Below are positions 1 to 7,188 of a stretch of 32,000 nucleotides of DNA, piece by piece (position 1 is the first letter of the stretch; each line of letters begins with the position of its first letter). Under the pieces are notes generated by a model. That model was not told the origin of the DNA and did not search any database. It worked only from the letters and a program-made list of their open reading frames with translations. The position numbers and the translations under genes are program-made. The stretch covers positions 5,130,001 through 5,162,000 of the forward strand of contig NC_003272.1 of assembly GCF_000009705.1 (NCBI RefSeq), given 5' to 3'. The stretch comes from Nostoc sp. PCC 7120 = FACHB-418 (GTDB lineage Bacteria; Cyanobacteriota; Cyanobacteriia; Cyanobacteriales; Nostocaceae).

Positions 1-1
1 T

Positions 2-769
2 CGGGAAGTTGCCAAAAAATTAACTCGTGATACCGACGGTGATGGAAGAATTGATCAACATGGGATGGTACTACCTTTAGGCAAAGGTGAGTTTACCGTT
101 TTTACTTGGCTACCATTTATGTGGAGTGGCGGCGGCGAGTTGGTAAGTAAAGATTCACAGAATGCGGCTGGTGTCACTTTAGAAAATAATGCTGGGGCGA
201 TCGCTGCTTTGCAATTGTGGCGTGATTTAATTACAGATGGTTCGGCTGTGTTATCAGGCCCAGAAAGAGGTTATGAAACCAATGATTTGCTAGCTGGGAA
301 AGTGGCGATGCAATTAACTGGGCCTTGGACTTTAGGGGAGTTTCAAGCCAGTGGGATTGATTTTGATGTATTCCCTATTCCGGTGGGGCAAAGACCTGCT
401 ACTGTAATTGGCGGCGAAAATTTGTATATTTTTAAATCAAGACCAGAAAGAGAAAAAGCGGCTTTTAAATTTCTTGAATATGCGGCTAGTGAAGAATTTC
501 AAACAGAGTTAGCACTGGGAACTGGTTATTTACCGATTAATTTAAAATCCCGCGAAAGTTCAAAATACCAGGAATTTGTCAGGAAAGTACCCCAAGCAAA
601 AGTCTTTTTAGAACAGGCTAAGTATGCGCGATCGCGTCCTACTTTCCCCGGTTATAATCGAATTTCTGATAGTGTAGGCCGGGCAGTGGAAACTGTATTG
701 ATGGGTAAAAGTTCCCCAGCAGATGCCCTAAAAGCTAGTCAGCAGAGATTAGATTTGATTTTCAAATAA
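2..769 (+). CDS. ABC transporter substrate-binding protein (family-1 extracellular solute-binding, sugar type); 5' end lies outside the window
   Basis: The frame is open from the window edge: REVAKKLTRDTDGDGRIDQHG precedes the first Met at 65. It has the DxDGDGxID loop and the GPW and GGENL segments typical of sugar-type binding proteins. Stop TAA at 767-769. Confidence 0.75.
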   Translation, partial: REVAKKLTRDTDGDGRIDQHGMVLPLGKGEFTVFTWLPFMWSGGGELVSKDSQNAAGVTLENNAGAIAALQLWRDLITDGSAVLSGPERGYETNDLLAGKVAMQLTGPWTLGEFQASGIDFDVFPIPVGQRPATVIGGENLYIFKSRPEREKAAFKFLEYAASEEFQTELALGTGYLPINLKSRESSKYQEFVRKVPQAKVFLEQAKYARSRPTFPGYNRISDSVGRAVETVLMGKSSPADALKASQQRLDLIFK

Positions 770-872
770 TTAATATCAATTGATTTCCAAGTCATTGTGG
801 TATAAAAAGTAATTGCTATCTTGGCTCTAGGTTAACAAAACTTGAGTAAAAAAACTCAGGCTTTTTACCTGA

Positions 873-1772
873 ATGCTGACATACCAGGGCAATACTACTA
901 CTGCAATGACTACTCAAAATTTTCCCTTTAGTTTAGCCTTAGTTTCTATAATTTCTCTAGCTGTCCTCAATTTTGGGTATACTGAGCCTACCGTGCCTAT
1001 TTTGGGATTTCACGGAATTCTAGATACGAAAAATAATAAGACTTTATCAGCTTTAGCTCCAGAAGAAATGCACTACTCAAAACAGGAGTTAGAAAAACTC
1101 TTAGAGTCTTTAATTATTAATAATTATTGGTTTTTAAGTACCCAGGACTTATATAATTTTTACTTAACGAAATCTCAAGAAATTCCAGCAGAGTATCGTC
1201 GAAAAAAGCCGATAATGTTGACATTTGATGATGGCTATAAATCAGTACACACAAAGCTAATGCCTATTTTATCTAAGCTAGAAAAGCAATATGGGAGGAA
1301 GGTAAAAATAGTTTTATTTATTAATCCCAGTCGTTTAGCTCAAAAGGCAAATAGTAGTAAAACTCACCTGAGTTGCCAAGAAATCAGGGCAGGGTTACAA
1401 AAAGGATTTTATGATATTCAGTCTCACGGATTAAATCACAAGGATTTAACGAAATTATCCCGGCGAGAACTTGTGCATGAACTTCTAAAATCTAGGAGTA
1501 TTTTGAGAAAATGTACACAAGATTTAGATCCAGAACAAACCGTAGCATCTCATTTTGCTTATCCTTATGGAGCTTATAATAAACAGGTAGAGTTATATGT
1601 TGCTAGATATTATTTATCTGGATATTTATATAATGATGAAACTTTCAATTACACTTGTAAACATAATTCGTATGAAATTCCTCGATTAATCGTTAATTAC
1701 ACGAAATCACCTAAACAAATTATCAAGATGGTTGAGGAATTGGCCCCAACTAGTAATCAGGCGTGTCAGTAA
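873..1772 (+). CDS. Polysaccharide deacetylase (NodB-homology domain) with an N-terminal membrane anchor
   Basis: 299-aa ORF. It carries the NodB motifs LTFDDGYKS (Asp-Asp) and QSHGLNH (His-His), followed by FAYPYG. A hydrophobic helix (FPFSLALVSIISLAVLNF) lies near the N-terminus. The exact start (Met1 or Met12) is uncertain. Confidence 0.75.
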   Translation: MLTYQGNTTTAMTTQNFPFSLALVSIISLAVLNFGYTEPTVPILGFHGILDTKNNKTLSALAPEEMHYSKQELEKLLESLIINNYWFLSTQDLYNFYLTKSQEIPAEYRRKKPIMLTFDDGYKSVHTKLMPILSKLEKQYGRKVKIVLFINPSRLAQKANSSKTHLSCQEIRAGLQKGFYDIQSHGLNHKDLTKLSRRELVHELLKSRSILRKCTQDLDPEQTVASHFAYPYGAYNKQVELYVARYYLSGYLYNDETFNYTCKHNSYEIPRLIVNYTKSPKQIIKMVEELAPTSNQACQ

Positions 1773-1795
1773 GGGATTAGGAAGCGATTTTATCC

Positions 1796-1847
1796 ATGTA
1801 TATACATTAATCCTCACTAGTTCTTGTATCCTTCCATGTATATACAT
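1796..1847. repeat. Two copies of a perfect 12-bp palindrome ATGTATATACAT (1796-1807 and 1836-1847), each inside a 15-nt direct repeat TCCATGTATATACAT
   Basis: Read directly from the sequence. It lies in the convergent spacer between the deacetylase stop (1772) and the TetR stop (1864). Confidence 0.8.
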
Positions 1848-1863
1848 AATTCAAGGCTCAAGA

Positions 1864-2751
1864 CTAACCAATCGTAGGTAATTGAGAATTAGTCCGCTTG
1901 CCTGAAAAACCTTCACGGGCAAAGATTTCAATCATTTCACTGCGAGTTAAATTATTTTTCTCTGCTAATTCTGCCAATTGTTCCCAGGCTGTATCCGTCA
2001 ATCTTATAGACCTTAACTGTTTAGGTTCTGAACCATAGTCCATCTGGAATTTACCCGAAGCTGTACGCCTGCGCCTGGGTGATTTCTGCCTTGTACCAGA
2101 ATATTGATTCGTAGAAGTATTCTGGGAAAGATTAATAGTGATTAAGTTAATCAGATTGTCAATCAGGCGATCGCTCTCCATTGGCAAGATATCCTGACTA
2201 TGGAGCATATACTGAAGAATGATAAAGTGTACTACTGCACCAAGAAAAATACGTGCTGCTACCTCTGGATCAGGTAATTTTAGTTCTGAATGCTCTGTAA
2301 AATATTGACTCAGACGCTCTAGAGCTTGTTTATCTATGTTGCAGACAAAGGTTTTTGCTAAGGATGGAAACCGCCCAGATTCACCGATAATTAGCCTGAC
2401 TAAACTCAAAAACACTGGTTCTTTCTCTACTTGATCGAAAATATTTGTTGCTAAACGGCGTAAAACAATACGGGGTTCTCCTTGCAGAAATTCCGGGTCG
2501 TGGATTAACAAACATTTTTCCTGTGCTAGTTTTTCAATCAAAGCGGCAAATAATCCTTCTTTGTCTTGAAAGTAGCTGTAGACAGTTGTTTTCGAGACTC
2601 CGGCTGCTGCTGTCACTCTATCCATTGTTGTAGCTGCATAGCCGTGGGTCAAAAACTCTTGCATTGCACCCTTGAGAATTGCATCAACCTTCTCTGCTGA
2701 CGGCAAACGATCGCCATTATTACTTTCTATATGTGCTTTGTTCTTACTCAT
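1864..2751 (-). CDS. TetR/AcrR-family transcriptional regulator with an atypical C-terminal extension (basic linker plus ribbon-helix-helix-like segment)
   Basis: The N-terminal TetR HTH is AILKGAMQEFLTHGYAATTMDRVTAAAGVSKTTVYSYFQDKEGLF. At 295 aa it is about 90 aa longer than a typical TetR. It is divergent from the exporter operon. Confidence 0.9.
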   Translation of the reverse strand: MSKNKAHIESNNGDRLPSAEKVDAILKGAMQEFLTHGYAATTMDRVTAAAGVSKTTVYSYFQDKEGLFAALIEKLAQEKCLLIHDPEFLQGEPRIVLRRLATNIFDQVEKEPVFLSLVRLIIGESGRFPSLAKTFVCNIDKQALERLSQYFTEHSELKLPDPEVAARIFLGAVVHFIILQYMLHSQDILPMESDRLIDNLINLITINLSQNTSTNQYSGTRQKSPRRRRTASGKFQMDYGSEPKQLRSIRLTDTAWEQLAELAEKNNLTRSEMIEIFAREGFSGKRTNSQLPTIG

Positions 2752-2849
2752 ATTTTTATATTTTCGCTAAATAAACTAGCTTAGATCGATCAATGATCCG
2801 GCGTTGTAGAAATTTCTCCTGGAAGATTCATTTTTCAGTCTATACGCTC

Positions 2850-2905
2850 TTGACAATATTGTAATGTACAGTTTAGTTTAATTATAGATTACTAAACTAA
2901 ACAGT
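2850..2905. promoter_or_regulatory. Candidate promoter/operator of the exporter operon: a TTGACA -35 hexamer (2850-2855) followed by an inverted repeat GTTTAGTTTA (2871-2880) / TAAACTAAAC (2893-2902)
   Basis: The arms are a perfect 10-bp inverted repeat, extendable to 13 bp with one mismatch (2868-2880 / 2893-2905), separated by 12 nt. The left arm begins 15 nt after the -35 hexamer and covers the expected -10 position. It sits in the TetR/DevB-like divergent spacer. The -10 itself is weak (TAGTTT). Confidence 0.45.
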
Positions 2906-2936
2906 TTATTTAGCGTCCTAAACAAAAGAGGGGCTT

Positions 2937-4247
2937 ATGGTACGCGAGGTAACAGATCAAGGTTCCGTATTTTTCAAGCGTAACTCCCGGCAATTGATTA
3001 TTTTGGCAACAGCCGCAGGTTTGGCGATCGCCGGCGTAAAGGGTTATAGTTCACTACAAACCCAAGCACAGCAATCTCCTACAACCCCAATTCCCCAAGT
3101 CACCGCACCGCAGATAAAAACGGTGACAGCGTTAGGTAGACTAGAGCCAAAGGGCGAAGTGATTAAACTTTCTGCACCTTCATCATCTGGACAAGGAAGT
3201 CGAGTGGAGAAGCTTTTAGTTAAAGAAGGGGACAGGGTAAAAGCTGGACAAGTAATTGCTATTTTAGATAACCGCGATCGCCTAGAGGCAGCTTATCAAG
3301 AAGCCCAAGAAGCGGTGAAAGTCGCCCAGGTCAACTTAGAGAAAGTCCGAGAAGGGGCAAAAGTTGGGGAGATTAACGCGCAAAAAGCCGAAATTGCCCG
3401 TGTCCAAGCACAGACAACAGGTGATGGTAGAGAACAACAAGAAACAGTAGCTAGATTAGAAGCCCAATGGCAAGGTGAGAAATCAGCCCAACAAGCAACA
3501 GTTAAGAGATTAGAAGCAGAACTGAAAAATGCTCAAAGTGAGTGGGAACGCTATCAAAAGCTTTATGCGGACGGTGCAATTTCCCAATCTTCCTATGATA
3601 CTAAGCGCCTGAGTCTAGATACCATCACCCAGCAGTTAAGTGAAGCGCAAGCCAACTTGCAAAGAATTGATAGCACCGGACGCAAGCAAATTAGCGAAGC
3701 GAAAACAGCCTTATATCGAATTAACGCCACAGGTAGTAAACAAGTCAGCGCCGCCGCCGCCACCTTAAATAAAATTGCGGAAGTGCGTCCTATTGATGTG
3801 CAAGCAGCCAAAGTAGAAGTAAACCGCGCTGTAGCCGCAGCAAAACAGGCAAAGGCTAACTTAGATCAAGTTTATGTGCGGTCACCCCAAGATGGTGTGA
3901 TATTCGACATCTACACCCGCGCCGGCGAAGTTGTATCCACTGATGGTATCGTCGAGATGGGTCAAACCAGCCAGATGTATGCAGTCGTCGAAGTTTACCA
4001 AAGTGATGTCAACAAAGTCCGCCCCGGACAAAAGGTGGAGATATCAAGTAAATCTCTCTCAGGAAAATTGCAAGGTACGGTAGACCAAGTGGGCTGGAAA
4101 GTCCAACGTCAGAACATTATCAACAGCGACCCCAGTGAAAATATTGATTCACGCGTCGTAGAAGTTCATGTGCGACTAGATGAAGCCTCCAGCCAGAAAG
4201 CAGCCAAATTTACTAACTTACAAGTCACAGCAGTAATTGAACTATAA
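2937..4247 (+). CDS. ABC exporter membrane fusion protein, DevB/HlyD family
   Basis: 436 aa. It has an N-terminal TM helix (LIILATAAGLAIAGV), a lipoyl-like hairpin (VEKLLVKEGDRVKAGQVIAILD), a long coiled-coil middle with Q/A/E-rich repeats, and a C-terminal beta-barrel (VRSPQDGVIFDI). It is the first gene of a DevB-DevC-DevA gene order. Confidence 0.85.
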   Translation: MVREVTDQGSVFFKRNSRQLIILATAAGLAIAGVKGYSSLQTQAQQSPTTPIPQVTAPQIKTVTALGRLEPKGEVIKLSAPSSSGQGSRVEKLLVKEGDRVKAGQVIAILDNRDRLEAAYQEAQEAVKVAQVNLEKVREGAKVGEINAQKAEIARVQAQTTGDGREQQETVARLEAQWQGEKSAQQATVKRLEAELKNAQSEWERYQKLYADGAISQSSYDTKRLSLDTITQQLSEAQANLQRIDSTGRKQISEAKTALYRINATGSKQVSAAAATLNKIAEVRPIDVQAAKVEVNRAVAAAKQAKANLDQVYVRSPQDGVIFDIYTRAGEVVSTDGIVEMGQTSQMYAVVEVYQSDVNKVRPGQKVEISSKSLSGKLQGTVDQVGWKVQRQNIINSDPSENIDSRVVEVHVRLDEASSQKAAKFTNLQVTAVIEL

Positions 4248-4253
4248 GGCTGT

Positions 4254-4295
4254 TGACCAATAACTAATGACCAATGACTAATGACTAATATGACT
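4254..4295. repeat. STRR-type heptamer tandem array (TGACCAA/TGACTAA family, about 6 units)
   Basis: The units read tgaccaa taactaa tgaccaa tgactaa tgactaa tatgact. The array fills the DevB/DevC spacer and contains both candidate DevC start codons. Confidence 0.9.
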
Positions 4296-5468
4296 GGATT
4301 TATTCAAGAACTACAGCGACGCACACCTTTAGGATGGCTGCAACTGAGTCATCATAAAAGCCGCCTCTTGGTTGCTTTATCTGGTATCGCCTTTGCCGAT
4401 GTCCTCATGTTCATGCAGTTGGGCTTTCAAAATGCCTTGTATGACAGTAACACTCGCCTCAATCGGGCAGTGCTTGCAGACATTGTTTTAATCAGTCCTC
4501 AAAGCCGGAATATGCAAAACTTGGCTACCTTCTCGCGGCGGCGACTGTTGCAAGCTGCTGATGTTCCTGGTGTAAAATCCGCAGATGCCATGTATATCGG
4601 TTTAGTCACTTGGAAAAATCCCCAAACTCGCCGTAAAACTTCAGTGCAAGCAATTGGGTTTAATCCTGAGCAATCGGCTCTGAACATCCCAGAGGTTAAC
4701 AATCAGCTAGATAAGATTAAGTTACCAGATAACTTCATTTTTGACCGTGGGGCTAGGGGTGAATATGATAAAGTTTTTAGTCAAATTGATGCCGGTGAAA
4801 GTGTCACCACAGAAGTAGATAAAAGAACTATTTCGATTAGTGGAACATTTAAACTAGGTGCTTCCTTTGGTGCTGATGGTACTTTAATTTCTAGTGATGA
4901 AAACTTCTTGCGTTTGTTTCCTCGCAGACTAGCAGGAAGTATCAATCTAGGCTTAGTTAATATTCAACCCGGTCATGATCCAAAACAAGTAGCAGAAGCA
5001 TTAAAGTCTTACCTAACGACGGATGATGTCAAAGTCCTAACTCATGCTGAATACGTCAAAATGGAGGAAGACTACTGGAAAACGGAAAGTCCCATAGGTT
5101 TTATTTTCACCTTAGGCGTATCAATGGGATTTATGGTCGGCGTGATTATTGTTTATCAAGTACTTTCAACTGATGTAAATGCCCATATCAAAGAATATGC
5201 CACATTCAAAGCAATGGGATACGGCAATTCTTATTTACTAGGAGTAATTTTTGAAGAGGCGCTGATTCTGGCAGTCTTGGGTTTTATTCCAGGGTTCATA
5301 GTTCCCTTGGGACTTTATCGGTTAGCCGCCAATGCCACAAATCTACCCATATTTATGACAGCAGTTAGAGCCTTATTAGTCTTATTATTAACTCTAATAA
5401 TGTGTACTCTTTCGGGAGCTATAGCAACACGTAAATTACAATCTGCCGACCCAGCAGATATGTTTTGA
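4281..5468 (+). CDS. ABC exporter permease, DevC family (FtsX-like fold)
   Basis: 395 aa. It has one N-terminal TM helix, a large periplasmic domain and a C-terminal FtsX-like three-helix bundle (IFTLGVSMGFMVGVIIVYQV ... YATFKAMGY ... ALILAVLGFIPG). The start could be ATG 4281 or ATG 4290. Confidence 0.85.
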   Translation: MTNMTGFIQELQRRTPLGWLQLSHHKSRLLVALSGIAFADVLMFMQLGFQNALYDSNTRLNRAVLADIVLISPQSRNMQNLATFSRRRLLQAADVPGVKSADAMYIGLVTWKNPQTRRKTSVQAIGFNPEQSALNIPEVNNQLDKIKLPDNFIFDRGARGEYDKVFSQIDAGESVTTEVDKRTISISGTFKLGASFGADGTLISSDENFLRLFPRRLAGSINLGLVNIQPGHDPKQVAEALKSYLTTDDVKVLTHAEYVKMEEDYWKTESPIGFIFTLGVSMGFMVGVIIVYQVLSTDVNAHIKEYATFKAMGYGNSYLLGVIFEEALILAVLGFIPGFIVPLGLYRLAANATNLPIFMTAVRALLVLLLTLIMCTLSGAIATRKLQSADPADMF

Positions 5469-5595
5469 GACAGCAAAATTTTAATAACCATCATATACTC
5501 AAAAAAAACTCTCTGCGCCTCTGTCTTGAAAAGTTCAGATCGGAGGAAACCTCCGCTCCGACTTTTCGCTGCGTCTCTGCGTGCCAAATCTCCTC

Positions 5596-5684
5596 ATACC
5601 AATTCAAAATTCAAAATTAGGAAAACCAAACGGAATAAGGGTATGTCCGTATGTATCTGTCGCATTCTGTTTTCAAATTGGTAT
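5596..5684 (-). repeat. MITE-like small dispersed element, copy A, with terminal inverted repeats ATACCAATTCAAAATT / TTTTCAAATTGGTAT
   Basis: The reverse complement of 5609-5684 aligns with 19634-19702, with roughly 10 mismatches in about 70 nt. The two ends are inverted repeats of each other. The element occupies the unusually long DevC/DevA spacer. Confidence 0.7.
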
Positions 5685-5697
5685 CATTAAATCACTC

Positions 5698-6411
5698 ATG
5701 CAAACTATTAACACTTCCGAACCTGTGATTTCTATTCAAAATCTTGACCATTACTTTGGTAGTGGACAACTCCGAAAACAGGTTTTATTTAATATTAACC
5801 TCGAAATTAATGCAGGCGAAATTGTGATTATGACAGGGCCTTCTGGTTCTGGAAAAACTACCCTACTAACTTTAGTTGGTGGTTTGCGTTCTGCCCAGTC
5901 TGGGAATTTGCGGATATTAGGAAGAGAACTTACTGGTGCTAGTAGTAAACAATTAACTCAAGCAAGACGTAACAACGGTTATATATTCCAAGCACATAAC
6001 CTGCATGGTAGCCTAACAGCACTGCAAAATGTGCGGATGGGTTTGGAGTTGCAACCAGGAATTTCCACCCAGGAAATGCTCACTCGCTCAACAGAAATGT
6101 TAGAAGAAGTCGGATTAGGAAATCGGCTGAACTATTACCCTGATAACTTATCGGGAGGACAAAAACAAAGGGTAGCGATCGCCCGTGCGTTAGTCAGTCA
6201 GCCTAAAATAGTCTTAGCCGATGAACCTACAGCCGCACTAGATAAACAATCAGGGCGCGATGTCGTAGAATTAATGCAAAAATTAGCCAAAGAGCATCAC
6301 TGCACAATTCTGCTAGTTACCCACGACAACCGCATTTTAGACATAGCCGATCGCATTGTCTACATGGAAGATGGTCATCTTGTCAGGGATGCGGTGAGTG
6401 TTAATAGTTAA
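5698..6411 (+). CDS. ABC exporter ATP-binding protein, DevA family
   Basis: Walker A GPSGSGKTT, Q-loop, ABC signature LSGGQKQRVAIARAL, Walker B IVLADEPTAALD and H-loop VTHD are all present. I start the gene at ATG 5698 (MQTINTSEPVISIQNL), because the ORF-track GTG start at 5581 runs through the repeat element. Confidence 0.9.
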   Translation: MQTINTSEPVISIQNLDHYFGSGQLRKQVLFNINLEINAGEIVIMTGPSGSGKTTLLTLVGGLRSAQSGNLRILGRELTGASSKQLTQARRNNGYIFQAHNLHGSLTALQNVRMGLELQPGISTQEMLTRSTEMLEEVGLGNRLNYYPDNLSGGQKQRVAIARALVSQPKIVLADEPTAALDKQSGRDVVELMQKLAKEHHCTILLVTHDNRILDIADRIVYMEDGHLVRDAVSVNS

Positions 6412-6431
6412 TAGTCATTGGTCATTGGTCA
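6403..6431. repeat. STRR-type heptamer array (TTGGTCA family)
   Basis: The sequence reads taatagt taatagtca ttggtca ttggtca. It lies between the convergent DevA-like and creatininase-like genes and supplies the last codons and the stop of the minus-strand gene. Confidence 0.85.
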
Positions 6432-7164
6432 AAAATTCTAAATACCCGTTACTGAGTTCTTTAACAGCCAAATCATAAAACTGCTTACCATGTTCTGGTG
6501 TTGCTAAAGCGGGATTGGAACCCATGCGTCCATCTGGGTAATGTTGGCGAAAGTCGGTAGCACTGTAAATTCTATGTCCTCTGGCTACTTCTGGTGAAAG
6601 CGGTGCTTGCTTAATTGCTTCTGGGTAAACATATTGAGTCACGGCTACTTCGCTGGGTGTAGCATGAGAACCTTCTTTGTCACCGTACAATTCTTTGGCA
6701 AGTTGGTACACAGAACTGCACATAAACCAGTTGCCGACTTGACATTGTACCTTATGGGCAGAGGGAATCTGCAAGTCTTCCAGATATACGTATGTTTCTG
6801 AGAATGCAGCTTTGAGGGTAGCGATATTACCGCCGTGTCCGTTAATAAAGTAGAACTTAGTGAAACCAGCTTTGGCAAGACTAGTTACATAATCTCGCAC
6901 TAGCAAAATTAAAGTACTAGGACGCAAACTAATCGTACCCGGAAATGCAGCATGGTGTAGAGCCATCCCCACATTGATTGTAGGCGCAACGATCGCCCCT
7001 GTTGCTTCACCCACTCCATGAGCGATCGCTTCTGCACAAATCGCATCTGTCCCGATTAATCCCGTCGGCCCATGCTGTTCAGTCGAACCAATCGGCAGAA
7101 TAATTCCCGTTGATTTTTGCAAGTAGGTTTCAACTTCCTGCCATGTGCTTAAACTTAGTAACAT
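6415..7164 (-). CDS. Creatininase-family amidohydrolase
   Basis: 249 aa. The N-terminal signature ILPIGSTEQHGPTGLIGTDAICAE and the NGHGGN motif are typical of the creatininase family. Confidence 0.8.
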   Translation of the reverse strand: MLLSLSTWQEVETYLQKSTGIILPIGSTEQHGPTGLIGTDAICAEAIAHGVGEATGAIVAPTINVGMALHHAAFPGTISLRPSTLILLVRDYVTSLAKAGFTKFYFINGHGGNIATLKAAFSETYVYLEDLQIPSAHKVQCQVGNWFMCSSVYQLAKELYGDKEGSHATPSEVAVTQYVYPEAIKQAPLSPEVARGHRIYSATDFRQHYPDGRMGSNPALATPEHGKQFYDLAVKELSNGYLEFLTNDQ

Positions 7165-7188
7165 TTTTATTCACTTTCCAGTACTAGT

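Noticed and set aside
5581-5697. The GTG-initiated N-terminal extension of the DevA-like ORF given in the ORF track (MPNLLIPIQNSKLGKPNGIRVCPYVSVAFCFQIGIIKSL).
   Set aside because: The extension is encoded entirely by the MITE-like repeat. A conserved ABC ATPase N-terminus begins at ATG 5698.
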